Source: Promethearchaeota archaeon (GTDB lineage: Archaea > Asgardarchaeota > Lokiarchaeia > Sigyniarchaeales > SOKP01). From it: a stretch of 48,858 nucleotides of DNA. Under the pieces are notes generated by a model. That model saw only the letters and a list, made by a program, of their open reading frames with translations. It ran no database searches and was not told where the DNA came from. The stretch covers positions 1 to 48,858 of the forward strand of contig JBHLON010000027.1 of NCBI GenBank assembly GCA_048940445.1, in the 5' to 3' direction. Made by a program: the position numbers and the translations under genes. This document shows positions 40,321 to 48,858 of this stretch, one piece after another (the stretch's first letter is position 1; the number at the start of each line of letters is the position of its first letter).

Positions 40321-41652
40321 ATGTATGTAATTATGGAGAAGAAGATTGTTCTAGTTGGAGCAGCTAGTGCTTCGTTTGGATTTCCTACATTAACAGATTT
40401 ATTCCTTAGTAAAGTACTAACGGGTTCTACAATAGTATTGCATGATATCAACAAAAATCATTTAGAAATGATATATAAATTAATTTCTGCCGAAAATAAG
40501 CTTCAAAATAATAAATTTAGAATTGAGTATACTACAGAGAGACCTAAAGCATTTAAAGATGCTGATTTTATAATTAACTCAATTGAAGTTGGAGAACGCT
40601 TTAAATTGTGGAAAGAAGATTACGAAATTCCGAGAAGCCATGGTTCCACACAAATTCTGGGGGAATGCGGAGGACCGGGGGGGACAATGCATGCATTTCG
40701 TATTATACCTTCTATCATTGACATTGTAAAAGATGCTGAAAAAATTTGCCCAAATGCCTTTTTTATAAACTTTTCAAATCCACTTTCTCGAGTGTGTTTA
40801 GCGATTAAAAAGGTAACTAATAGTCTCAAATTTATTGGACTTTGTCATCAAATTGAATTTTTGAATAAACATTTACCTGTTTTATTAGGCAAATCTTTAG
40901 AAGAAATAAAGATCAAAGTAGGGGGTTTAAATCATTTTGCATTTCTATTAGGTTTAGAAGAAAAAGAAACTAAGAAAGATTTGATGCCCTTATTTAACTC
41001 AAAAGCATTAAAGTATTTCAAACAGAATGAAGACCGCTTTGAGTTTTCAACTTTGACTTTTGAAGTATATCAAAGATTTAATTTTTTCCCCTATGTTGGA
41101 GATAATCATTTAGGAGAATTTCTTCAATTTGGTGAAGAGTTCACTAAAAATCAAGATATGATTGATTGGATAGATCGGACAGAGTATGAAGGAAAATTAG
41201 TTTTTGAATATTTTAGATGGAGATTTAAAGAATTTCAGAAGGGTAGATTTCCTAGGAAGGGTATTCTTTCTAAGTTTCCTTCCAAAGAGAGAGCTATTCC
41301 AATTATAGAAGAAATTATTCAAGATAAAGCTGCTTATGAAGTTGCTGTAAATATTCCTAATGAAAATATTATTGAAAATTTACCTCAAAATTTGATATTA
41401 GAATGTTCAGCGATTGTAAGTAGAGAAGGGGTCTATGGAGTAAGGATAGGTGAGATTCCAAAACAAATTGAAGCAATATTAAATATAGAAGCTATTTTAC
41501 AAGATTTATGTGTTGAAGCTATATTAAAGAAGTCTAAAGAATTAGCTATAAATTGCTTAGCATTAGATCCAAATGTAGGCAATTTTGAAATGGCTGAAAG
41601 TATCTTTAATGAAATGAAAAGTAAAAGTAGTTATTACAATTATTTTAAATAA
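40321..41652 (+). CDS. Glycoside hydrolase family 4 (NAD+-dependent alpha-galactosidase/glucosidase-like); likely start ATG 40333
   Basis: IVLVGAAS..F, GECGGPGG, NFSNP, GLCH, GLNH, H..EF, N.PN...I.NLP. Confidence 0.9.
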   Translation: MYVIMEKKIVLVGAASASFGFPTLTDLFLSKVLTGSTIVLHDINKNHLEMIYKLISAENKLQNNKFRIEYTTERPKAFKDADFIINSIEVGERFKLWKEDYEIPRSHGSTQILGECGGPGGTMHAFRIIPSIIDIVKDAEKICPNAFFINFSNPLSRVCLAIKKVTNSLKFIGLCHQIEFLNKHLPVLLGKSLEEIKIKVGGLNHFAFLLGLEEKETKKDLMPLFNSKALKYFKQNEDRFEFSTLTFEVYQRFNFFPYVGDNHLGEFLQFGEEFTKNQDMIDWIDRTEYEGKLVFEYFRWRFKEFQKGRFPRKGILSKFPSKERAIPIIEEIIQDKAAYEVAVNIPNENIIENLPQNLILECSAIVSREGVYGVRIGEIPKQIEAILNIEAILQDLCVEAILKKSKELAINCLALDPNVGNFEMAESIFNEMKSKSSYYNYFK

Positions 41653-41757
41653 ACTACATAGAATATTTTATTAGGATCTCTTGATAAGCGTATGTCTTAG
41701 GAAAGATCGATAAAAAATCCTAAACATTTATTTAGTGATATAACCATATAATAGCTC

Positions 41758-44700
41758 ATGAAATCCATTGAGAAGAAAAAATCAAGTGAGAGAATTGAAC
41801 GTGCAACGACGTTTCTTACGAAACTATGGTGGTTTTTTGCTTTTTTAATCGGAATTCCAGTAACTATCTCTACAATTAGTTTTTATGTTTTCAATTTTAT
41901 AATAAGAGATATCTATATCTCTATTGGACTTTCGGTAGTTGTCTATTTATTTGCTCTTTTCATTTTTTACAAGAGTTTTGACCAATATCGAAATAAACCT
42001 TACTTTCTTAATAACAAAAATAATCTTAACGCAAGAATTCATACATTTTTTATAATTAGCAGCCTTGCGTTGATCGTTACTCCGATATTTATTTTTCTTG
42101 CCCCCGGAGGGTACTATTTTGAATTATTACCTCTCATTTCTTATAGTGTTTTATATAATATTATTTACTATTATAACTTTTATAAGCCAATTGAGGATTT
42201 TGATAGCTCTAAATTAATATTTAAAAGCGCTCTTAGTTTTAAAGCATCATTGAAGAAATTGCATAACATTGTACTCATTTTAAATTTTATAACTCAGATT
42301 TTTTTCCTGAGTTACGCATATTCTACAAAATTATCATGGTTATTTGCTTTAATAACAAATTTAATCTTCTATATTTATACTCTACTAACCACCAAAAATT
42401 TAAGAAATAAATTTAGGCTTGCACCCGAAAAATTAGAATTCGTCCTAAAGTATTTAATACTATTTAAGAAAAAGTTCACCATATCTATTCTTACCCTGAG
42501 TTTCGCGCTTATAATTCAATTACCTTTTGACTTTCTTATTATAAATGTCCTTTCTGGCGCGATTTACACCTATCTTGATTACATTATGATTGCATTTATC
42601 TCGATGATCTTCTTATTTTTGTACCTAAAATTAAGGATATACATTTCAATTTATTATAATAGGGAATCCTTCAAATTAATAGATCATGGTGTAAACAACA
42701 CAAATGAAGATTCTCTGGAATATCTAACAAAGTATCAAAGGTGGAACATGTTATTATCTTTATTTTTCTGTATATTCATCACCTTATTTTCATTTGGGAT
42801 CAATTTACCTTTGATAATCCTAATTTCTTACCCAGTCATCATTGTTATAACATATTATGAACAGAAGGCGAATTTTTGCCCTAGGAAGTATAGTCGCTAT
42901 ATCTTTTTATTCACAAGTATTGTTATCTTAAGCTTAATATTATTTTTACAAGTTTTTTCTCTCGAACTTCGAATAATTATACTTCTTCTAAGTATTTATT
43001 TGGATTTACAAATTTTTACTCATTATCAGTATTTTGATAAAAATAAAGTTGTCTTTGTCCAACATTTAATAGCCTTTACCTGTTTCTTAGTGATTACTTA
43101 CTTATTTTATCCAAATATTTCACTATTTTATCTTGAGCTGCCTATAGCTCCTTCGTTTTTAATTTTTATAAACTTTCTCATTTATACGCTATTAGTAAGC
43201 TTAGCTTTATTAGGTACATTCTATTATTTATATTTCCGTTATTTTAAGAGAAGCAAATGGGTACATTTTAGTTTAATTTTAAATATTGTTATTATCTTTG
43301 TCGAAATTCTTTCATATGTTCTAATAAATTTAAAGAACCTTTTTTCTTTAGAATTTGATATATTTATTAATTTTAGTCTAATAAGTACTATTTTTTTACC
43401 ATTAATTTTTGACTTATTTATTGGGCTGAATTATATTCTTAGAATAACCTCAAAAAAAGGATCTTTAAAGCAATTATACTATTCATGTTGGATTTTAATT
43501 GTAACAATATTTAGTTTTGCCTTTTATTTTTCCCTAAGTAATTACATATTCCTAATAGCTGATTTATTATACATTTCTATTTTTTCACAAATTTTACTTA
43601 AATTTGGAACGAAAATTGAGCAAGTAAACATTACAGCTTTCAAAAGATTTGTGAATTTTAACTCAATTTTAATTATTCTAGAGCTATATTGCCTAATATT
43701 CTCAATTATGCTATCAACTCTTACTTTTTTAGAAAATTCAAGTAATATTTTACTATCTTCGTATGTCTCATTAATTTCTATCGCATTTTTAATCAATATA
43801 TTTTTAAGGAGGATGATTTCAAAAGGAGTAATGCGCGTGATTAATTTGATTAGTTTATTGTTTTCCACAGGCATTATATTTTATTTTTTATATATTTATA
43901 CTCTTGGTTCTTTATTTATTATGATTGTTCCAAGTCTGTTTTCATGTATTTTCTTTTATATCTTTATTTTTTATCTTAAATCAATAAAATATGAATCTCT
44001 ATCAAAATCCTTATTTCTGATAAATACAATAATAGTATCCCTTTCTTTATCTCTTATACCTTCATTTTTTGCATTAGAAGATATAAAAATAGGATTAACC
44101 GTAGATGTTATTACAGTATTTAATCTAACTCTTTACATTATTATTGGAATATTATTCTTTATTACTATTTTCTCAAATCAGCTTAAAATTAGAGAAAGAA
44201 GGAGAAGATTTGCAATATTTATGCAAATTTTTATACTCTTTATCTTAACAGGAACTACAGTATTTTATTATTTTAATCTTATTTTTAGAGCTGCTTTTTT
44301 CGGAATTATAGTTCCTATAATCGCAACAGCAGCATTTCTCTTCATTCCTTTGATACTATTATACAAATTTCAATATATGAAAATTAATACTAGTAAAATC
44401 CTTATCCTTTTAGATTATCTTTTTCTCTGGGGAGCTTTTATGTCAATCCCGGTTAACTATTGTATAGAATTTATAAAGCAAGGCAATTTTGTTGAAATAT
44501 ATCTTATGATTACTCTATTGGTTATAATATTTTATGGTTTCTTAAAATCTATAACCCCTATATCAGAATCACTCAAATTAAGAGAGTCTTTTAATTATGT
44601 AATAAGAATAATGCAAATATGTATATGGTTTAGTATAGCAGTGATGATCTCATTGATTATTCCTCTTTTTCTTTTATTCCAACAATATTATTGGTTAAAT

Positions 44701-47700
44701 CTATTAATAATAAGTTGCACATTAATTGTTTTTTTCATTCTGAACATCGTAAATCTACCTCAATTAGAGAGTTTCAAGCAAAAAGTATTCGAAAACAAAA
44801 GGAGCAAATTGGATTTTTATAAAATTTACAAAATTTATGAATATCATAAGAATATTATTTATTTTGGATTAATTTTTTCAATATCCTTTTTATTTTATTC
44901 TATCTTCCGGGTTTTCAATCTAATTTATATAATTTTTCAATCAAATGATTTGTTATTAACGGCTTGCTTTAATATTGCAATCTTTTTGATCCTTACTTTA
45001 TTGTTATTGCATTTAACCAGTAAGGTAATTAGAATAGAATTTGTTAAAACAAGAGAAATAATTGAATTAATAATTTGGTTAGGTATAAAATTCAATGCCT
45101 TATTGTTCTTATCCTTATTACCTATTCAAATTTCACTTTATACCAGAATTTTTCTAATTCTTCTAGCGTTTGCTATTCAAAGTCCGATTACTATTTATTA
45201 TATCAACAAACACATGATTTTATTAGAAAACACCAAAACCCTCATGAAAGAATTCATAGGATTTTTGTTCTTTATATCTATATTAGGTTTTTCTATTGAA
45301 TATCTTTGGTATGTTAACAGCAACGTTTTATACTTCAGTGAAAATATCCCAATTCTTATTAGTTTTCTTTTCTGTCTAATTTTCCTATTTTCTAATCATT
45401 ATTTTATACATTTTAATGAATATATCCAAATGAGTAATACAATTAGAATATATAGATTATATTTAATTTCTTTTCTCCTATTAGGCCTATTTATCCTAAT
45501 GAATATCCAATTTATTTTGATATCTTTATTTATTATTGTTGTTATACTTTTTCTAAAAAGGAATAGAAATGTTATCTGGCAACTTATTAATTATTTAGTA
45601 ATTAGTTTTCTTAGTCTAATTGAAATAAATCTCTTTATATTAAAATTTAATTTACTCCCTATTATTCACCCAGGAACTTATGCATGGATATATTTTATAT
45701 CATTTATTTCACTTCTATTTATTTCCATTATCCTTAATCGCAAAAAAATTAATGTACTTGAGGAATTATTAGTAGATTTTTTAATTCCTTGTTTCATTTT
45801 TACTTCTGTTGTCATTTTCTTTCAAATTCCTATTTTTTATAATATAACAATTTCTATTAATATTCTACTCTTTTTAATAAGCTTTTTCTTTTATCGTAAA
45901 AAAGATAAATTATATATTTGGTTTATACGTCCATGTGTTTTATTATTTCTATTTAATCTAATAAGTGTTGGCTCTTATTTCATAATATTTAGCTTACCCC
46001 TCTATCTTAAATTTAACTTGATATTGAGTTCTACCCTAACTTTTAGCGTCATAGGCTTTTGTTTTGCTTTATTTTATCACAATTTAGAAAAGAAATTTAG
46101 AAGGAAAATAATCTCAATTATTCTTATTTTAAGCGTTATTAGTTCCTTCATATTTTCTTATCTCCTTATTGAAACCTCGTTTTCTTTACCCTTCATTTTT
46201 CCATGGTTGATTGCTGGTAATATTGCGATTATTTTATCATATTTATCTATTGGAATTTACCAATGGAGAATATCATGGGCAATTTGGAAGTCTGGGTATT
46301 GGATTTGGATATTTGTTCCAATCTTTAATTATCTATTAATTGCTCAATCATTTGCTGGAATTGATATCTACACTAATGCTCTAAATTTCTTTGGTTTAAG
46401 CATCTATGGTTCATATTTGATTACACTTGTCATTTGTTTATTACTAACATTGCCTTTTTGGTACACATGGATAAAAGACCATTTTAATATAGTTTTATTT
46501 ACTATTTGGGGATGTAGTTTATTTTTGATTTATTGGTTTAGTCAAAATGCTTTTTTTGGGTTTGATATATTGATTAATTTATCATTTGTAGGAATTTCTA
46601 TAATATTCCTTATGCCAATTTTTTATCGTTTACGTTTTTGGAAAATTCTATCAATTCTATGGCTGATATTCACTTCATTACTAATTATTTTTATCACGTT
46701 CATTTTATTTGCAGTTGGCTTCCTTTTAAACCTAATCATATCATTCGATTTAGTCTTAGGCGGATTTCTATTCATTATATTCTCCTTTTTTCCAAATTTG
46801 AAAGCAATGAAAAATGTTCTATTAATAATTGCTTACTCTGTAACGATGATTGGTATATTTTCAATAATATTAATCATCATGATCTCAATAACTTATAATA
46901 TCCCAATATCCATCAATATCTCTTTCATCATAATTGCTTTCAGTTTATTTTCTTCTCGCATCTTGAGATTAAACAAAAAATTATTCAATTTCTTAATTTC
47001 TACGATTTTAACAGCTAACTTCTCACTTCTAACATTCTTTAGTTTCCTTATGATCCCGAATTTTGAATTTTTCGCCTTATTTCTAGCCATAAGCATTTGT
47101 GGAGGATCTCTTCTTATATTTAATCGATATCGAATGTTTTCTCCTATTAAGATGATTATTCCTTTATCTATCTTATCCATAGGAATTTCCTTAACACTCT
47201 CCTCCTTGATGTATATCTTTTTGCCAAACTCATTTTTTCTTATATCTGCTGTGTTTGTTTCTATTATATTAATAATAAATTATCCTGTATTGAAATATAT
47301 ACGCCATATTCTATGGTACTCTATTCCTGTACCTTTTTGTCTGTTTATTTTACACTTCTTATCATTTTTAGAGCTTTTTCAATCATTATTAAATTTAACT
47401 TTAATTGGATTAATAATGTATACTCTAATATTCCAGATTCTTACAAATTTAATTTATGGTAACATTAAAAGCATAAATCTGTTAGCTTTTGTTTTAAATT
47501 CTACATACGTTTCAATATTTATAGCGATTCTTACCCCGTTATTTCTAATATATAAGATCCTTGAATTTTTCATAATCTGGTCTGTCTTGATTATATTCTG
47601 CATTAGATACGTTGAGAAGGGAGCGCTAGAGCTTTTTAAAAGTAGGACAATCACTATATTGATAAAAGTAAGCCGTTATATCGCATTATTTCTCCACTTT

Positions 47701-48858
47701 GAAATTGCTCTCCTTATTACTATTATCGTAAATGAAGTTATATTTCCCGAATTCACGAGCATTATTTTAGTTTTTTTTGGAAGCTTATTTTTATCATCAT
47801 TATTAGATCTTATTCTTATTAAGAAAGTTAGTAGCAAATTGATATATCCAATTAATGTGAGTTGCTACATTTTAATTTCAATTTATCTATTCATATTTCT
47901 AAATCGCTTTTTAGATATAAGTATACAATTCCTTTTCTTAAATCTGATAATATTATTGGTAATGCAATTTTATACCATAAAAATCATATTTTCTTTTTTG
48001 TATCAATTAGATCGTTATGATAAGGAGAAATTAACCTCTTTACAAAAAGTTGATCAAACGATCTTGCTAAATGTTATATTCTTAGTTATTAGTTTATTTG
48101 GTTCCTCTTATTTTACATCAATATTTATCAACGGTTCATTAGTACTTAGTGGATTACCATCTATTTTCTTATTCTTAATGATTTTTGGTTTTCTAATGTT
48201 TAACTTGAATCAGGTTATAAAAATTAAATTTAAACAAAAAGTGTTATTTGTTTATTACGTAATATTTATGGTAAGTTTTGTTTCTTTTTTTATCTTATAT
48301 ATGATAAGTTTCAATCTTGTCTCTCTTTTATATTTTAGCTTAATGTCCATCATTACTACTGTTTTGTTATCTTATCTTATCTACTTAATAAGCAAAATAT
48401 ATGTAGAAAAATTAGGAACTGAGGTTATTAAGAAAACTATTTCATTTTTGCAGTTTGTTCTTTACTTAGAAATTTCATTAATGTTCTATAGTCAATTTAG
48501 TATTTACTTTAATATATTCGAAAGTATCTTGATATCTCAAATAGTTTTATGTTCAATTTCATTAATAGAAATATATCTTATTAAAAAGGTAAAGCCTTCT
48601 TATATTATAATGATCCATACTATTAGCTATTTCAACATAAGTTGGACTTTATTTATTATGATATTTCAATTTACTTACAACTATTTTGGTTTAAATTTCA
48701 TTCTCTTCATATTAATGCAGTTCTATACAAATTATTCATACTTTACTACAAGATCTAAATTTAATCCAACTAAAAGACCACATTTTAAGAAATGGAAATT
48801 ATTCAGGCAAAAAATAATTGGATCTCTTTTCTATTTTGCAATACTAGCATATATTTAT
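41758..48858 (+). CDS. Giant polytopic membrane protein (at least 2367 aa, 3'-partial), function unknown
   Basis: ATG at 41758; I read the frame codon by codon to 48858 and found no stop. Starts MKSIEKKKSSERIERATTFLTKLWWFFAFLIG; F/I/L/Y/S-rich hydrophobic segments alternate with short K/R-rich loops. Absent from the ORF track because its stop lies outside the window. Confidence 0.9.
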   Translation, partial: MKSIEKKKSSERIERATTFLTKLWWFFAFLIGIPVTISTISFYVFNFIIRDIYISIGLSVVVYLFALFIFYKSFDQYRNKPYFLNNKNNLNARIHTFFIISSLALIVTPIFIFLAPGGYYFELLPLISYSVLYNIIYYYNFYKPIEDFDSSKLIFKSALSFKASLKKLHNIVLILNFITQIFFLSYAYSTKLSWLFALITNLIFYIYTLLTTKNLRNKFRLAPEKLEFVLKYLILFKKKFTISILTLSFALIIQLPFDFLIINVLSGAIYTYLDYIMIAFISMIFLFLYLKLRIYISIYYNRESFKLIDHGVNNTNEDSLEYLTKYQRWNMLLSLFFCIFITLFSFGINLPLIILISYPVIIVITYYEQKANFCPRKYSRYIFLFTSIVILSLILFLQVFSLELRIIILLLSIYLDLQIFTHYQYFDKNKVVFVQHLIAFTCFLVITYLFYPNISLFYLELPIAPSFLIFINFLIYTLLVSLALLGTFYYLYFRYFKRSKWVHFSLILNIVIIFVEILSYVLINLKNLFSLEFDIFINFSLISTIFLPLIFDLFIGLNYILRITSKKGSLKQLYYSCWILIVTIFSFAFYFSLSNYIFLIADLLYISIFSQILLKFGTKIEQVNITAFKRFVNFNSILIILELYCLIFSIMLSTLTFLENSSNILLSSYVSLISIAFLINIFLRRMISKGVMRVINLISLLFSTGIIFYFLYIYTLGSLFIMIVPSLFSCIFFYIFIFYLKSIKYESLSKSLFLINTIIVSLSLSLIPSFFALEDIKIGLTVDVITVFNLTLYIIIGILFFITIFSNQLKIRERRRRFAIFMQIFILFILTGTTVFYYFNLIFRAAFFGIIVPIIATAAFLFIPLILLYKFQYMKINTSKILILLDYLFLWGAFMSIPVNYCIEFIKQGNFVEIYLMITLLVIIFYGFLKSITPISESLKLRESFNYVIRIMQICIWFSIAVMISLIIPLFLLFQQYYWLNLLIISCTLIVFFILNIVNLPQLESFKQKVFENKRSKLDFYKIYKIYEYHKNIIYFGLIFSISFLFYSIFRVFNLIYIIFQSNDLLLTACFNIAIFLILTLLLLHLTSKVIRIEFVKTREIIELIIWLGIKFNALLFLSLLPIQISLYTRIFLILLAFAIQSPITIYYINKHMILLENTKTLMKEFIGFLFFISILGFSIEYLWYVNSNVLYFSENIPILISFLFCLIFLFSNHYFIHFNEYIQMSNTIRIYRLYLISFLLLGLFILMNIQFILISLFIIVVILFLKRNRNVIWQLINYLVISFLSLIEINLFILKFNLLPIIHPGTYAWIYFISFISLLFISIILNRKKINVLEELLVDFLIPCFIFTSVVIFFQIPIFYNITISINILLFLISFFFYRKKDKLYIWFIRPCVLLFLFNLISVGSYFIIFSLPLYLKFNLILSSTLTFSVIGFCFALFYHNLEKKFRRKIISIILILSVISSFIFSYLLIETSFSLPFIFPWLIAGNIAIILSYLSIGIYQWRISWAIWKSGYWIWIFVPIFNYLLIAQSFAGIDIYTNALNFFGLSIYGSYLITLVICLLLTLPFWYTWIKDHFNIVLFTIWGCSLFLIYWFSQNAFFGFDILINLSFVGISIIFLMPIFYRLRFWKILSILWLIFTSLLIIFITFILFAVGFLLNLIISFDLVLGGFLFIIFSFFPNLKAMKNVLLIIAYSVTMIGIFSIILIIMISITYNIPISINISFIIIAFSLFSSRILRLNKKLFNFLISTILTANFSLLTFFSFLMIPNFEFFALFLAISICGGSLLIFNRYRMFSPIKMIIPLSILSIGISLTLSSLMYIFLPNSFFLISAVFVSIILIINYPVLKYIRHILWYSIPVPFCLFILHFLSFLELFQSLLNLTLIGLIMYTLIFQILTNLIYGNIKSINLLAFVLNSTYVSIFIAILTPLFLIYKILEFFIIWSVLIIFCIRYVEKGALELFKSRTITILIKVSRYIALFLHFEIALLITIIVNEVIFPEFTSIILVFFGSLFLSSLLDLILIKKVSSKLIYPINVSCYILISIYLFIFLNRFLDISIQFLFLNLIILLVMQFYTIKIIFSFLYQLDRYDKEKLTSLQKVDQTILLNVIFLVISLFGSSYFTSIFINGSLVLSGLPSIFLFLMIFGFLMFNLNQVIKIKFKQKVLFVYYVIFMVSFVSFFILYMISFNLVSLLYFSLMSIITTVLLSYLIYLISKIYVEKLGTEVIKKTISFLQFVLYLEISLMFYSQFSIYFNIFESILISQIVLCSISLIEIYLIKKVKPSYIIMIHTISYFNISWTLFIMIFQFTYNYFGLNFILFILMQFYTNYSYFTTRSKFNPTKRPHFKKWKLFRQKIIGSLFYFAILAYIY

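Noticed and set aside
8182-40829. Short track ORFs overlapping larger genes (8182, 11314, 13004, 14553, 16663, 20710, 23307, 23583, 23853, 26691, 26834, 28665, 32094, 35664, 38264, 40620)
   Set aside because: Antisense or alternate-frame shadows of well-supported CDSs with no motifs.
41671-41723. TTAGGAT...ATCCTAA hairpin upstream of the giant ORF
   Set aside because: Only a 7-bp arm with weak inner pairing.
43542-47654. Five short track ORFs in the last 7 kb
   Set aside because: All lie within the continuous + strand frame from 41758 and are shadows of it.
41758-48858. Calling the giant protein a Piezo homolog
   Set aside because: No recognisable Piezo motif or cap domain in the visible part; the similarity is only size and repeat architecture.
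1-48858. CRISPR array, IS element, rRNA
   Set aside because: No regularly spaced direct repeats, transposase motifs or long GC-rich RNA genes were seen.

Overview
AT-rich archaeal chromosomal window, most consistent with an Asgard (Lokiarchaeia/Promethearchaeota-like) genome. Supporting signs are PEIPG-TM-basic 'Loki-CTERM'-type tails, a small Ras-superfamily GTPase, a PolB1-type polymerase, a tetraether synthase-like radical SAM gene and the 3' end of a CdhC-like gene. Left to right: three tandem, C-terminally anchored family-5 solute-binding proteins (four SBP domains, two proteins fused to beta-helix and all to Ig-like stalks) with a conserved promoter and no permease or ATPase genes nearby; housekeeping genes (Mre11-like nuclease, PncB, ADP-forming acyl-CoA ligase alpha, Tes, SEC59/DGK1-type kinase, PolB, tRNA-Thr, DapL-like aminotransferase, GH4); a GTPase + TPR/longin-like pair; and a probable pseudo-GTPase. 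The last 7.1 kb is one uninterrupted reading frame missing from the ORF track (41758 to window end, at least 2367 codons) encoding a giant, almost entirely hydrophobic polytopic membrane protein with internal repeats; this is the strongest novelty candidate. I saw no CRISPR array, rRNA or transposase. All family assignments come from motif recognition by eye, not database searches.
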